NCBI GenBank assembly: GCA_016285085.1
Contig: JAEEQA010000003.1
Span: 110 to 64,109 of the forward strand
Length of the DNA stretch: 64,000 nt
From: Bacteroidales bacterium
GTDB taxonomy: Bacteria > Bacteroidota > Bacteroidia > Bacteroidales > WCHB1-69
Direction: 5' to 3'
Part shown: piece by piece, positions 1 to 8,984 of the stretch
Position numbering within the stretch: position 1 is the first letter of the stretch
How the letters are laid out: each line of letters begins with the position of its first letter
Notes under the pieces: model-generated
Database searches by the model: none
Seen by the model: the letters and a program-made list of their open reading frames with translations, nothing else
Told to the model about the DNA's origin: nothing
Made by a program: the position numbers and the translations under genes

Positions 1-937
1 AAGGGTCATGATGACAGATTTCTTGGGGTAGGACTTCTTGTCGGGAACGATGGCGCGTTCCACCACAAACTTGGTGGGGATCTCGTTCTCCATATCGACT
101 TTGGTGTCCATCATCTTCTGCTTGACCAACGACTGGTACTTGCGGAAGTTGAACTGCACCTCATAGAGGGCGTGGGCACGGGGACCCCATGTAGCAAGCT
201 TCTCCAATTCAGCACTCAGACGCTGCATAGCGGCAGTGTTGCCCTGCGCAACCGCAATGGCATACTGCTGCATCACACGCTCCGACTGCCCCTCAAATTC
301 AAAAACGCCATGCTCCATATACATCTGAAGCGTGTCGTCGATACGGTTTATTTCCGCATCCACATCCTCAAGCTGCTTCTTCAGCATGGCATAGGCAGCG
401 GCGGCACGCTCGTTCTCCATACGCCGCTTGACCGAATCCAACAGGTCAAGTACATCGTTGGTGACATTGCACGCCAACACCGGGTCATAATCGTCAAAAG
501 TGATGGAGATAGCCCCGTATTTGGTACGCTTGATGATGAGGCTTTCGTTCAGATTCTTATACAATCTGGTCTGCCAATATTTCTTGGTAGTGTCCAAGTC
601 GTAATGCTCCAACATATTGTATTTCTTGATGATAGCATCCTTAATATCGCGGGAGCCGAGGACTTCCATCATCTGTTCGGTTTCTTCCTCAATAGCGTAC
701 GCCTTGATGTCAAGACGCTCGTTGTTGGTTTCATCGGCAAGCAACACCTTGGAGATGGCGTTGGTTCTCGGACCGAAGATAACAGCGGTTGCACGGAAAT
801 GCGGGCGGATCAACGAGGCGCAAATGAATGAAAGCACCGCGGAGGCTACAAAAACAATCAAAAAGATTTTCCACTTGCTGAAAACAAAGCGAAGGAGACT
901 GAACGAGTTGTACTCGTTTCGGGAATTCTCTCTCATA
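1..937 (-). CDS. Polysaccharide chain-length determinant (Wzz/GumC-like) protein, N-terminal ~312 aa; 3' end lies beyond window start
   Basis: Not in ORF track because it runs off the edge. My minus-strand translation from ATG 937 reads MRENSRNEYNSFSLLRFVFSKWKIFLIVFVASAVLSFICASLIRPHF... It has an N-terminal TM helix followed by a long coiled-coil-like region. It replaces the spurious + ORF 172..831. Confidence 0.45.
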
Positions 938-1031
938 TTTTTCTTGTGATGAATTATTGTTTAAAATCCTTCACCAAACGAGAAATTTCTTTTTTTATTG
1001 TAAAAAATCTTAATTGTCGGACGATTTACGA

Positions 1032-1724
1032 CTAAAGGGTCTGAAAGTCGTCACCCAATATTTTCGCCATCTCGCCCGATAACGGGGCTGTGACCGAAAC
1101 GGACTTGTGGGAAACAGGATGATCGAACGCCACCTTGTAGGAGTGCAGCGAAATAGAGCCGTCGCTGTTGGAACGTCGTGCTCCGTACTTCAGATCCCCT
1201 TTGATCACCGTGCCGTTGGCCGACAGCTGCGCCCGTATCTGGTGATGGCGGCCCGTGTACAATTCCACCTCCAACAATGTGTAGTTCGTCAATGTCCGCA
1301 CCATTCGATAGGACAGCTCCGCCTTGACGTAACCCACTTTTTCCATGTGCGATACAAACGTCTTGTTGAGTTTTTCATTTCGGAAAAGCCAGTCGGTAAG
1401 CCGCTGCTCCGGAATCTCCGGTGCCTTTTCGACAATGGCCAAATAGGTTTTGGAAATTTCCCGCTGCTTCACAATCTCGTTCATCCGGACCAGTGCCTTC
1501 GATGTCTTGGCAAAGATGACCGCGCCGCTCACCGGCCGGTCAATACGGTGAACCAAACCGCAAAAAACATTCCCCGGTTTGTTGTAAGTAACTTTTAGAT
1601 AATTCTTTACCGCATCAACCAGCGGAACATCGCCCGTTTTGTCACCCTGTACAATTTCACCCGCCAACTTGTTGACGATGATCAGGTGATTGTCCTCGTA
1701 TAGGATACGGTCGGCAATGGACAT
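1032..1724 (-). CDS. RluA-family pseudouridine synthase
   Basis: 230 aa. HRIDRPVSGAVIFAKT catalytic-Asp motif and GRHHQIRAQL motif. No S4 domain. ATGA start/stop overlap with panB at 1722-1726. Confidence 0.85.
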   Translation of the reverse strand: MSIADRILYEDNHLIIVNKLAGEIVQGDKTGDVPLVDAVKNYLKVTYNKPGNVFCGLVHRIDRPVSGAVIFAKTSKALVRMNEIVKQREISKTYLAIVEKAPEIPEQRLTDWLFRNEKLNKTFVSHMEKVGYVKAELSYRMVRTLTNYTLLEVELYTGRHHQIRAQLSANGTVIKGDLKYGARRSNSDGSISLHSYKVAFDHPVSHKSVSVTAPLSGEMAKILGDDFQTL

Positions 1725-2545
1725 CAGTACTGCTCTTTTTCGTTGGGGAAGTCCATGTTCTTGACATCCTCTATGTAGTTGCCGACAGCACGTATGATTT
1801 CCTCGCTGAGGTTGTGGTAGCGGCGCAGGAAACGCGGCGAAAAGGCCTGCGTGATGCCGAGCATGTCGTGCAGCACCAAAACCTGTCCGCTGGTGGCGTT
1901 GCCCGCCCCGATGCCGATGGTGGGAACATGCACTGCCTCGGTCACGCGCTTGGCAACCTCAGCGGGGATTTTTTCCAACACAATGGCAAAACAGCCGTAT
2001 TTTTCCAACTGCTGCGCATCATTCAGGAGTTTTTCCGCTTCCGCCTCCTCCGTTGCACGCACGGCATACGTTCCGAATTTGTTGATAGACTGCGGCGTGA
2101 GTCCCAAATGACCCATCACAGGAATGCCGGCACAAATGATTCTCTCGATGGATTCACGGATTTCCTCGCCGCCTTCCAGTTTCACCGCGTCCGCTCCCGA
2201 CTCCTTCATTATACGGATGGCCGAGTTCAAAGCCTGCTTCGAGTTGCCCTGATAGGTGCCGAACGGCAGATCCACGACCACCAAGGCACGGTTTACGGCC
2301 CGTACTACCGAAGAAGCATGGTAAATCATCGCATCCAGCGTGATGGGAAGAGTGGTTTTGTAACCCGCCATCACGTTGGCGGCAGAGTCACCCACTAAAA
2401 TGACGTCAATCTTGGCCATGTCCAATAAAGTGGCCAGAGAGTAGTCGTATGCCGTCAGCACCGCGATTTTCTCACCCTCGTTGCGCATTTTCTGGAGGAT
2501 GTTCGTGGTGACCTTGTTTACATCCCGATAGAGGTAATCAGACAT
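1724..2545 (-). CDS. panB: 3-methyl-2-oxobutanoate hydroxymethyltransferase
   Basis: 273 aa. LTAYDY, VILVGDS and GHLGLTPQS regions typical of ketopantoate hydroxymethyltransferase. Confidence 0.92.
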   Translation of the reverse strand: MSDYLYRDVNKVTTNILQKMRNEGEKIAVLTAYDYSLATLLDMAKIDVILVGDSAANVMAGYKTTLPITLDAMIYHASSVVRAVNRALVVVDLPFGTYQGNSKQALNSAIRIMKESGADAVKLEGGEEIRESIERIICAGIPVMGHLGLTPQSINKFGTYAVRATEEAEAEKLLNDAQQLEKYGCFAIVLEKIPAEVAKRVTEAVHVPTIGIGAGNATSGQVLVLHDMLGITQAFSPRFLRRYHNLSEEIIRAVGNYIEDVKNMDFPNEKEQY

Positions 2546-2553
2546 AGTGGTAT

Positions 2554-3507
2554 TTATTCTAACGTTTTTTCAATCAAGTATTTGTCTCTTTTCGGATCGA
2601 TTCCCGAAATCAGCTCGCCAAGGAATCCCGCCAAGAACAGCTGGCATCCGATAACCACGGCAAGGAGGGCAAGGTAAAACAACGGCTGGTCCGTAACCTG
2701 ACGGAACACCTCGCCTTGCGACTGAAGGACCAACTTCTTTACTATCAAAATAATAGTAATCAACAATCCGATAAGGAACGAAACACTTCCCCACAAGCCG
2801 AAAAAGTGCATCGGCTGCTTCTTGAAACGGTTGGTGAACGAGAGGGTCATCAGGTCGAGGTAGCCGTTCACAAAACGGTTCCACCCGAATTTGGAAGTGC
2901 CGTACTTCCGTTTCTGGTGGATGACCACCTTCTCCCCTATCTTCCTGAATCCCGCCCACTTGGCAATCACCGGGATATAGCGGTGCATCTCACTGTATAT
3001 CTCAATGTTTTTGACCACTTCCTTGCGGTAGGCTTTCAAGCCGCAGTTGAAGTCATGCAACTTGATGCCCGACACACGCTGCGTGGTGCGGTTGAACAAT
3101 TTCGACGGAATATTCTTGAGAAGAACGTTATCATATCTCTTTTTTTTCCAGCCAGATACCACATCATACTTTTCCTCCGTAATCATACGGTACAGCTCCG
3201 GAATCTCGTCGGGACTGTCCTGAAGGTCGGCATCCATAGTGATGACCACATCGCCCTGACATGCTTGGAAGGCGGTGTTCAAGGCCGCCGACTTGCCGTA
3301 GTTGCGGCGGAACTTGATGCCTTTGATATTCGGATTCTGGGCATGAAGGCCTTCAATGACCTCCCATGAGCGGTCGGTGGAGCCGTCATCCACCATCAGG
3401 ATCTCATAACTGAGCGAGTTTGCGGTGGTGACACGTTCAATCCATGCTGCAAGTTCCGGCAGCGACTCTTCTTCATTGTAAAGGGGAACGATGACTGACA
3501 GGTTCAT
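2554..3507 (-). CDS. Family 2 glycosyltransferase (polyprenyl-phosphate sugar synthase-like, DPM1/ArnC type)
   Basis: 317 aa. GT-A N-domain (VIVPLYNEEESL, DDGSTD, DADLQD) plus two C-terminal TM helices. Confidence 0.85.
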   Translation of the reverse strand: MNLSVIVPLYNEEESLPELAAWIERVTTANSLSYEILMVDDGSTDRSWEVIEGLHAQNPNIKGIKFRRNYGKSAALNTAFQACQGDVVITMDADLQDSPDEIPELYRMITEEKYDVVSGWKKKRYDNVLLKNIPSKLFNRTTQRVSGIKLHDFNCGLKAYRKEVVKNIEIYSEMHRYIPVIAKWAGFRKIGEKVVIHQKRKYGTSKFGWNRFVNGYLDLMTLSFTNRFKKQPMHFFGLWGSVSFLIGLLITIILIVKKLVLQSQGEVFRQVTDQPLFYLALLAVVIGCQLFLAGFLGELISGIDPKRDKYLIEKTLE

Positions 3508-3585
3508 AGGGTATAGGGGTTAGGGGTTAGGGGCTAGGGGTTAGGGGTTAGGGGTTAGGAGATAGGAATTAGGAGTTAGGGGTGG
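3508..3585. repeat. Heptamer tract (GGGGTTA)n on plus strand = (TAACCCC)n on the coding (minus) strand
   Basis: Six perfect GGGG runs with 3-nt spacers at 3516-3554, then degenerate heptamers (GGAGATA, GGAATTA, GGAGTTA, GGGG). Fills the whole spacer between two minus-strand genes. Confidence 0.95.
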
Positions 3586-4516
3586 ATTCTTCGGTATTTT
3601 CGGAAGTCTCTTCAGTATTTTCGGAAGTCTCTTCGGTGTCGAGGCTGCACTTCCGTTTTTCATTTCTGTATAAGAAAAGTGCCACGAAGATGTTGAGCAG
3701 AAGTCCGTATAGCAGGATGGAGAGGGAGTAGGCGAAGGCGGCCATCACGGGGCTGTCACTTTGCGGGACGGTTGGCTTCACAATTTCAAAACGTGCGTTC
3801 ACCGGGTCTGCCGCCACACGGTCGCGGCCAGTGGCGTCAATCAAGGCGGGCAGGTTGGCGATGTACTCCCTGCTGCTGTCGTTGGCGTTGGCCAGGACTG
3901 CGGCGGTGCAACGGTACAGCAGCTCGTCCGCCTTGAGTTGGAACGAGTCGAGGCGGTACGAAGGGTCGTCGGAAGCGTGCGGTTTCTCCACCAACTGCCG
4001 CTTGTATGCGATGAGCAGTATTTGTGTGGCGCTGTCAAGTTTCGCGCCGCATACGGAGTCTGTTTCGAGGCGATCGCGTTCAGCGCCGAGCAGGGCTGCC
4101 ACACTTTCGTAGTACCGGCTGACCTCCTCATCGGTTGCCTGTTCCTTTTGCACCCGCTGGAAAGCCAGCTCCATGTTGCGACGATTGTTTTTCTCCACAC
4201 CGTCCTTTTCAATATGGGTGTAATGCACCAGCAGATAGCCGACCATCACCGCGTAGGCGATGAAGACGACCAGAACGCCGTAGCCGAAGGCTGGGGCGAA
4301 ACGGATGACGCCATCCTGCCTGTTGTCGCGTATCTCTTTAATTGCCATATAAATGGCAACGACAAAAGCAATGACCATCAGCAGGTCCGAAATCGGGCCG
4401 AAGGGATAGTCGGCGTCCATGGTCCCGGCATAATACGTCGCCAGCTTAATGAGAGAAAGCCCTGCTCCAAGCAAGGCTCCCCATTTTAGTGTAATGATGA
4501 ATTTTGATTCTCTCAT
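3569..4516 (-). CDS. Membrane protein, DUF4199-like with large soluble insertion and acidic C-terminal TEETSEN repeat
   Basis: 315 aa. N-terminal TM helices and one C-terminal TM flank a ~150-aa soluble region. The C-terminus is TEETSENTEETSENTEES. Family call is tentative. Confidence 0.4.
   Translation of the reverse strand: MRESKFIITLKWGALLGAGLSLIKLATYYAGTMDADYPFGPISDLLMVIAFVVAIYMAIKEIRDNRQDGVIRFAPAFGYGVLVVFIAYAVMVGYLLVHYTHIEKDGVEKNNRRNMELAFQRVQKEQATDEEVSRYYESVAALLGAERDRLETDSVCGAKLDSATQILLIAYKRQLVEKPHASDDPSYRLDSFQLKADELLYRCTAAVLANANDSSREYIANLPALIDATGRDRVAADPVNARFEIVKPTVPQSDSPVMAAFAYSLSILLYGLLLNIFVALFLYRNEKRKCSLDTEETSENTEETSENTEESTPNS
3590..3640 (-). repeat. In-frame 21-bp tandem repeat (2.4 copies) encoding TEETSEN
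   Basis: TTCGGTATTTTCGGAAGTCTC / TTCAGTATTTTCGGAAGTCTC / TTCGGTGTC. Confidence 0.9.
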
Positions 4517-4542
4517 AAAGAAGGTTTCTTACGAGGCCGACG

Positions 4543-6891
4543 TTAGTTGGCTCTGTAGAAGTTGTGACGTCTGTCCACAATCTTGATGTCTTTCATGAGG
4601 TCTTCCATGGCGAGGGTCTGTTCGTTGTTGCCTCTGCCGATGGTGACATCGCGCAGGATATTGCGTTCAAGGCCGAGTGATTCGCTAGGCTGGCCAGCTT
4701 CGGCGCTGTAGATGGTGGCAATGCAAAGGCCACGCTGGCTGCTGACCACAACGGGCTTTCCGTTTGCCTCCATTGTGGAGAGTTTACCAATGATGGCGTT
4801 GTCAATGCCATAAGGCATATTCTGAGCCAGGGAAATCTTCAAGCTGTCGCGGAGCTGGAAGCCATATTTGTTGGCCAGTTCCTGAATGGTGGTGCTTGCC
4901 AATTCACCATTGAGTTTCTCACTGATGGCTGCAATCTTCTTCTCGGTTGAAAGCTCGTCAATGATCATATCCTTCACATTCTCGAACTCGGCCTTGCCTG
5001 CTTCCTTCACACGTTTCACTCCAGCAACGATGAACACCTGTGCACCAAGCTGCTTCGGCTGATTGTATCCGCTGTAGGTGAAACGGCCGTCAAAAGCGGT
5101 ACGGGAAACGGCGTCCACTTTCGTGTCCTTGTCGAAAGCCCAACTGATAGCCTCACGGCACATCAGACCTTCCTGCGCGCCGGTGTAGATGACACCCTGC
5201 ATGTTTTTCACATCGACTTGGGGAACGAGGATGGCGCCCTTGCTCTGAGCAAGTTCCTCCAGCTTTTCAACATTGTCGCTGGCGGCAGCCAAATCGTTGG
5301 CAGCCATACGGAGGCTTTCGATGGTAGCCTTGGAAGCTTCAATCGGCACAGGATAGAGGACATACTGTCTCTTTTCATTGAGCTGCGTCTTGGAAAGCAC
5401 CTGCATCACGAGGTAGCAATCAATCGCTTCGTGCACATAAACCTGACCAACACCCGTTTGTATCAGTTTATTATAGAGGGTATCGGGCATGTCTTCGAAC
5501 CAGAACGTGCTGTCGATGCCAAAGATGCGGTCGTTTTTGTATTGCGGGAGAAGGGTAAAGATATTGGTGGTCGTCGTCACCACGTGGGCAAGGCTGTCGG
5601 CCAAGGCCTTGGCTTCCTCTTTCTCCATCGTCACAGTGTTTTGGCCATACTTGAAGGGAATGGTCAGGAAGGTGGTCTGGATGGAGTCCGGACGCTGGGC
5701 GACTTCGCGCACTTTGCCGAAATACCAGAAGTTGCCGTCAAGGTAGGGGGCGATCATCGTACCTGCGGGTGAATGGAAAACAGCGCTGTCCAGTTTGCCG
5801 GGCAGTTTGTATTCCTCATCGCGGTTCTCCACACCGTATTGCTGCAAAGCGGATTCACCGTGCTTCAGATACATCAGGGTATCCAGCTGCAGATGCTTGG
5901 CCACCTGATCATTATAGGACCAATAATAGGTTGCGCTGGTGGAGAACTTGCGGTTCTGATCAATTTTGCGTTCAGCTTTCACGAAATCACCGATGGAAGA
6001 GGCTTCCTCGAAACGGCTGTAGATGGCCTTGACCGTATCCTCAATGTTCTGGCGGTCTTGCGGTGTGGCGACAATGGGGAAGATGGCGAAATCGATGTCA
6101 CGGCCGTCCTCCTTTGCAATGTAACGGTCTTTGTGGCTCTTGAAGAAGTTCTTGGCCTCATTTTCATCCACGTTCACCTGCACATCCTGGAAAGCGGGGG
6201 CATTGGGATTGACCAGTGCCAGTTGCGCCAACACCGTTTTTTCAGAACCGACCTGTTTCAACAGGGGTGCAGAAAAATAGGTGGAGCCGCCCATAAGTGC
6301 GAAATAGGCATTGTTCTTGGCTTCGAGAACCGCCATTCTTTCAATAGCCTTATACATATTATATAAGTCAGTCCCTCTGTGGTCGTTGATGTTGTTGAGG
6401 GCGTCCATCAGAACATCCACACTGAGGCCCGAGTTCTGAAGCAAGCGCTGGCACATCCCGATGAGATACTGCTGCGCGCTGCTGCGCATTGCCTTCTGGC
6501 TGGTGAGACTGCCGACAAGCTCAGCACTGATATTTTCCACCATCTCATCGTGAAAGGTGATACCCATTTTGGCAAGTTGCTTGTCAAGAATAACCTCTTG
6601 CTTGATCTGCTCCCATGTAAAGTCATGGAGGGACTGGTCAAACTCGTCGTCCGTGCTGGTGAGATTATGCACGTATGTGAAAAGAGCTCGATTCTGCTCA
6701 AAGTAGGAGGTGTATGTATTCTCCTGTCCATCCATCCGAATGGTCTTGCTGTCGATCTTTCCCAACAGATTCCGGTTGGTGATGGAAGGCATGATTCGCG
6801 TCAAGTCGCCTACGATGAAAGCGAGAAGTGCGATACCGATGATAATCATTAATGCTACTCCGTGCTTACGGATTCTGCCAATTGCTGCCAT
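4543..6891 (-). CDS. Periplasmic chaperone PpiD/SurA-N-like protein
   Basis: 782 aa. N-terminal signal anchor (GVALMIIIGIALLAFIVGDL) and a large periplasmic body, as in Bacteroidota PpiD-like proteins. I could not clearly recognise a parvulin domain by eye. Confidence 0.55.
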   Translation of the reverse strand: MAAIGRIRKHGVALMIIIGIALLAFIVGDLTRIMPSITNRNLLGKIDSKTIRMDGQENTYTSYFEQNRALFTYVHNLTSTDDEFDQSLHDFTWEQIKQEVILDKQLAKMGITFHDEMVENISAELVGSLTSQKAMRSSAQQYLIGMCQRLLQNSGLSVDVLMDALNNINDHRGTDLYNMYKAIERMAVLEAKNNAYFALMGGSTYFSAPLLKQVGSEKTVLAQLALVNPNAPAFQDVQVNVDENEAKNFFKSHKDRYIAKEDGRDIDFAIFPIVATPQDRQNIEDTVKAIYSRFEEASSIGDFVKAERKIDQNRKFSTSATYYWSYNDQVAKHLQLDTLMYLKHGESALQQYGVENRDEEYKLPGKLDSAVFHSPAGTMIAPYLDGNFWYFGKVREVAQRPDSIQTTFLTIPFKYGQNTVTMEKEEAKALADSLAHVVTTTTNIFTLLPQYKNDRIFGIDSTFWFEDMPDTLYNKLIQTGVGQVYVHEAIDCYLVMQVLSKTQLNEKRQYVLYPVPIEASKATIESLRMAANDLAAASDNVEKLEELAQSKGAILVPQVDVKNMQGVIYTGAQEGLMCREAISWAFDKDTKVDAVSRTAFDGRFTYSGYNQPKQLGAQVFIVAGVKRVKEAGKAEFENVKDMIIDELSTEKKIAAISEKLNGELASTTIQELANKYGFQLRDSLKISLAQNMPYGIDNAIIGKLSTMEANGKPVVVSSQRGLCIATIYSAEAGQPSESLGLERNILRDVTIGRGNNEQTLAMEDLMKDIKIVDRRHNFYRAN

Positions 6892-6947
6892 TTTCTTTCT
6901 TTACTTTTATGATTTTTACTAATTATTTGTTTACAAAATTTAGGGCG

Positions 6948-6955
6948 CAAAAGTA
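6948..6955 (-). promoter_or_regulatory. Bacteroidota -7 box TACTTTTG (TAnnTTTG) upstream of ppiD-like gene
   Basis: Motif read on the minus strand, 56 nt before ATG 6891. Confidence 0.45.
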
Positions 6956-6981
6956 CGATTTTTTTTTCAGATGGCGACAGG

Positions 6982-7554
6982 TCATTTGTTTTTTTTCCAC
7001 GGGTGCCCCAACAGTCTCTCGGCATCTGTAAAATTCATATTCTCAATATATTGCCTTATTTTTGAGGAACGAACCTTATTTTCTGCCATCGTCAGTTCGG
7101 GAATGATGATGATTTCTATGGAATTTTTTGAACAAATTTCCCGCATAGTCTCCTTGTTGCCCGCCCTCCCTTTTCCAAAGTTATGGTCCTCTCCCATCAC
7201 AATGGCTTTCATCCCTATTTTCTTTATTAAAAAATCAAGGAAACCCTGAAAGGGGAGCTGCGAAAACTCCTTTGTGAACGGCAATACAATCATATTGTCA
7301 ATGCCCTCCGCACCGATAAGTTCAGCATTCTCCTCCAAAGTATTGATCGTGAAGAAGTCACGTTCCGGATGAAGCACCTGCTGCGGGTGCGGGTCAAATG
7401 TCACGACCACCGTTTCACCGTCCAGCCGCACCGCCGCCTCCCGCATATACTCGAAAACACGCCGATGCCCCAAGTGAACGCCGTCAAACGACCCCACTGT
7501 CACCACAGCATTCTGAAACGCCGGCAAATTCTCTATGTCTTTGTATATTTTCAT
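6982..7554 (-). CDS. FAD synthetase (FMN adenylyltransferase) domain protein, RibF N-terminal domain only
   Basis: 190 aa. VVTVGSFDGVHLGHRRV nucleotidyltransferase motif. No riboflavin-kinase domain. Confidence 0.7.
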   Translation of the reverse strand: MKIYKDIENLPAFQNAVVTVGSFDGVHLGHRRVFEYMREAAVRLDGETVVVTFDPHPQQVLHPERDFFTINTLEENAELIGAEGIDNMIVLPFTKEFSQLPFQGFLDFLIKKIGMKAIVMGEDHNFGKGRAGNKETMREICSKNSIEIIIIPELTMAENKVRSSKIRQYIENMNFTDAERLLGHPWKKNK

Positions 7555-7562
7555 CTGTTTAT

Positions 7563-7696
<134 letters not shown>

Positions 7697-7704
7697 GTTA
7701 GTTC

Positions 7705-8808
7705 TCAGTTCTTCACTCGTATAGCATTTTGTATCGTATTGCCTATCAGCATGAAAGAAAGCACCAGCAGCATGATGGCGATGCCGGGGATGATGGCGAG
7801 ATAAGCATTGTCGAGGACGATGTAGGCGTAGTTCTCCTTCATCATCATACCCCACGACGGAGTGGGCGGCTGCACGCCGATGCCCAAGAAGCTCAGCCCC
7901 GCCTCCATCAAAATGGCCGAGGAAAAGTTGGAAGCTGCAATGACAATCACCGTGCCTGACACATTGGGCAAGAGATGCTTCCAAATAATATGCAAGCTGC
8001 TGTAACCGAGTGCCTTTCCCGCTTCGACGAACTCTTTCTCACGCAAACTGATCATCTGTCCGCGCACCACCCTCGCCACATCCACCCACATGGTGAGACC
8101 GATGGCCATGAAAATCTGCCAGAAGCCCTTGCCCAAAGCGAAACTGATAGCGATGACCAACAACAGCGTTGGAATGGACCACACTACGTTGATGAACCAC
8201 ATCAGGATATCGTCCACCTTCCCGCGGAAATAGCCCGCGATGGAGCCTATCAAGATGCCGATCACCAAGGCGATGAAGACGGAAATTCCGCCTACCGCCA
8301 AGCTGATGCGGCTACCGATGAGCAGCTGGCTCAGCACGTCGCGGCCGTAACGATCGGTGCCCAAAAGGAACTTCTTGGTGATGACGGGCGCATCGTCGCA
8401 CAGTTCCGATTTCGCGTAGCCCGTTTCCTCTCCGTCACCCGACTCAAACAAACGCACATAGACCGAATCCGCCGTTTCACGCCAGCCATCGACGGGGACG
8501 GTGCGGTAGCGCGACGGCTGTCCGTAAAGCATCTTGTGGAAAAAACCGCACTCAGGGACGTTCTGCTCCGGTTTCACCTGCAGCAGCTGCACCGTGAAGC
8601 CGGGCGGACGAATGGCAACCTCCAACTGCTGGTGATTGCAGTAAGGCGTATGGTCCGGGGTAATGAGATAGCCGAGGATGGCGATGGCGATAACCAACAG
8701 GATGAAGACCAGCGAAACGACACCTTCAGGCTCCTTGCGGAAACGCTTCCACGTCAGTTCCGACAACGAAACTGCACGATACTCCTTCTTTTTCCGCCAT
8801 TTGAACAT
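7705..8808 (-). CDS. ABC transporter permease (OppC/DppC-like)
   Basis: 367 aa. N-terminal anchor plus 5 TM helices, with an EAA-like loop (FVEAGKALGYSSLHIIWKHLLPN). Confidence 0.75.
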   Translation of the reverse strand: MFKWRKKKEYRAVSLSELTWKRFRKEPEGVVSLVFILLVIAIAILGYLITPDHTPYCNHQQLEVAIRPPGFTVQLLQVKPEQNVPECGFFHKMLYGQPSRYRTVPVDGWRETADSVYVRLFESGDGEETGYAKSELCDDAPVITKKFLLGTDRYGRDVLSQLLIGSRISLAVGGISVFIALVIGILIGSIAGYFRGKVDDILMWFINVVWSIPTLLLVIAISFALGKGFWQIFMAIGLTMWVDVARVVRGQMISLREKEFVEAGKALGYSSLHIIWKHLLPNVSGTVIVIAASNFSSAILMEAGLSFLGIGVQPPTPSWGMMMKENYAYIVLDNAYLAIIPGIAIMLLVLSFMLIGNTIQNAIRVKN

Positions 8809-8869
8809 CCAGTTACCTATACTTTTTACTTTTACAAATACGCGCTGTTACCTGCCTGTGGTTCGCATT

Positions 8870-8894
8870 AGACGGTGCACGCACCGTCTCTACA
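8870..8894. repeat. REP-like hairpin, GAGACG family (left arm shortened)
   Basis: AGACGGTGC-ac-GCACCGTCT followed by CTACA. Confidence 0.7.
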
Positions 8895-8984
8895 TTTTAA
8901 ATTCGGAAATTTACAACGTTATATGCTTGTAACTTTATGAACTTTATATACTTGATTAACTTGATGAACTTTATAAACTTGCAA

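Noticed and set aside
172-831. 219-aa plus-strand ORF at the window start
   Set aside because: The opposite strand carries a longer open frame (1..937) with a TM helix and a Wzz-like layout. The plus-strand product is low-complexity with no motifs.
3140-3147. Homopolymer tracts as phase-variation switches (A8 in the GT2 gene at 3140-3147; A8 after the orf73 ATG at 20864-20871)
   Set aside because: The tracts are short (8 nt) and encode Lys runs that look functional (WKKKRY, MKKKK). No evidence of slippage can be obtained from a single sequence.
3508-3585. Telomere or linear-replicon end because of TTAGGGG-type repeats
   Set aside because: The tract is internal, only ~78 nt long, and sits between two co-oriented genes of an apparent operon.
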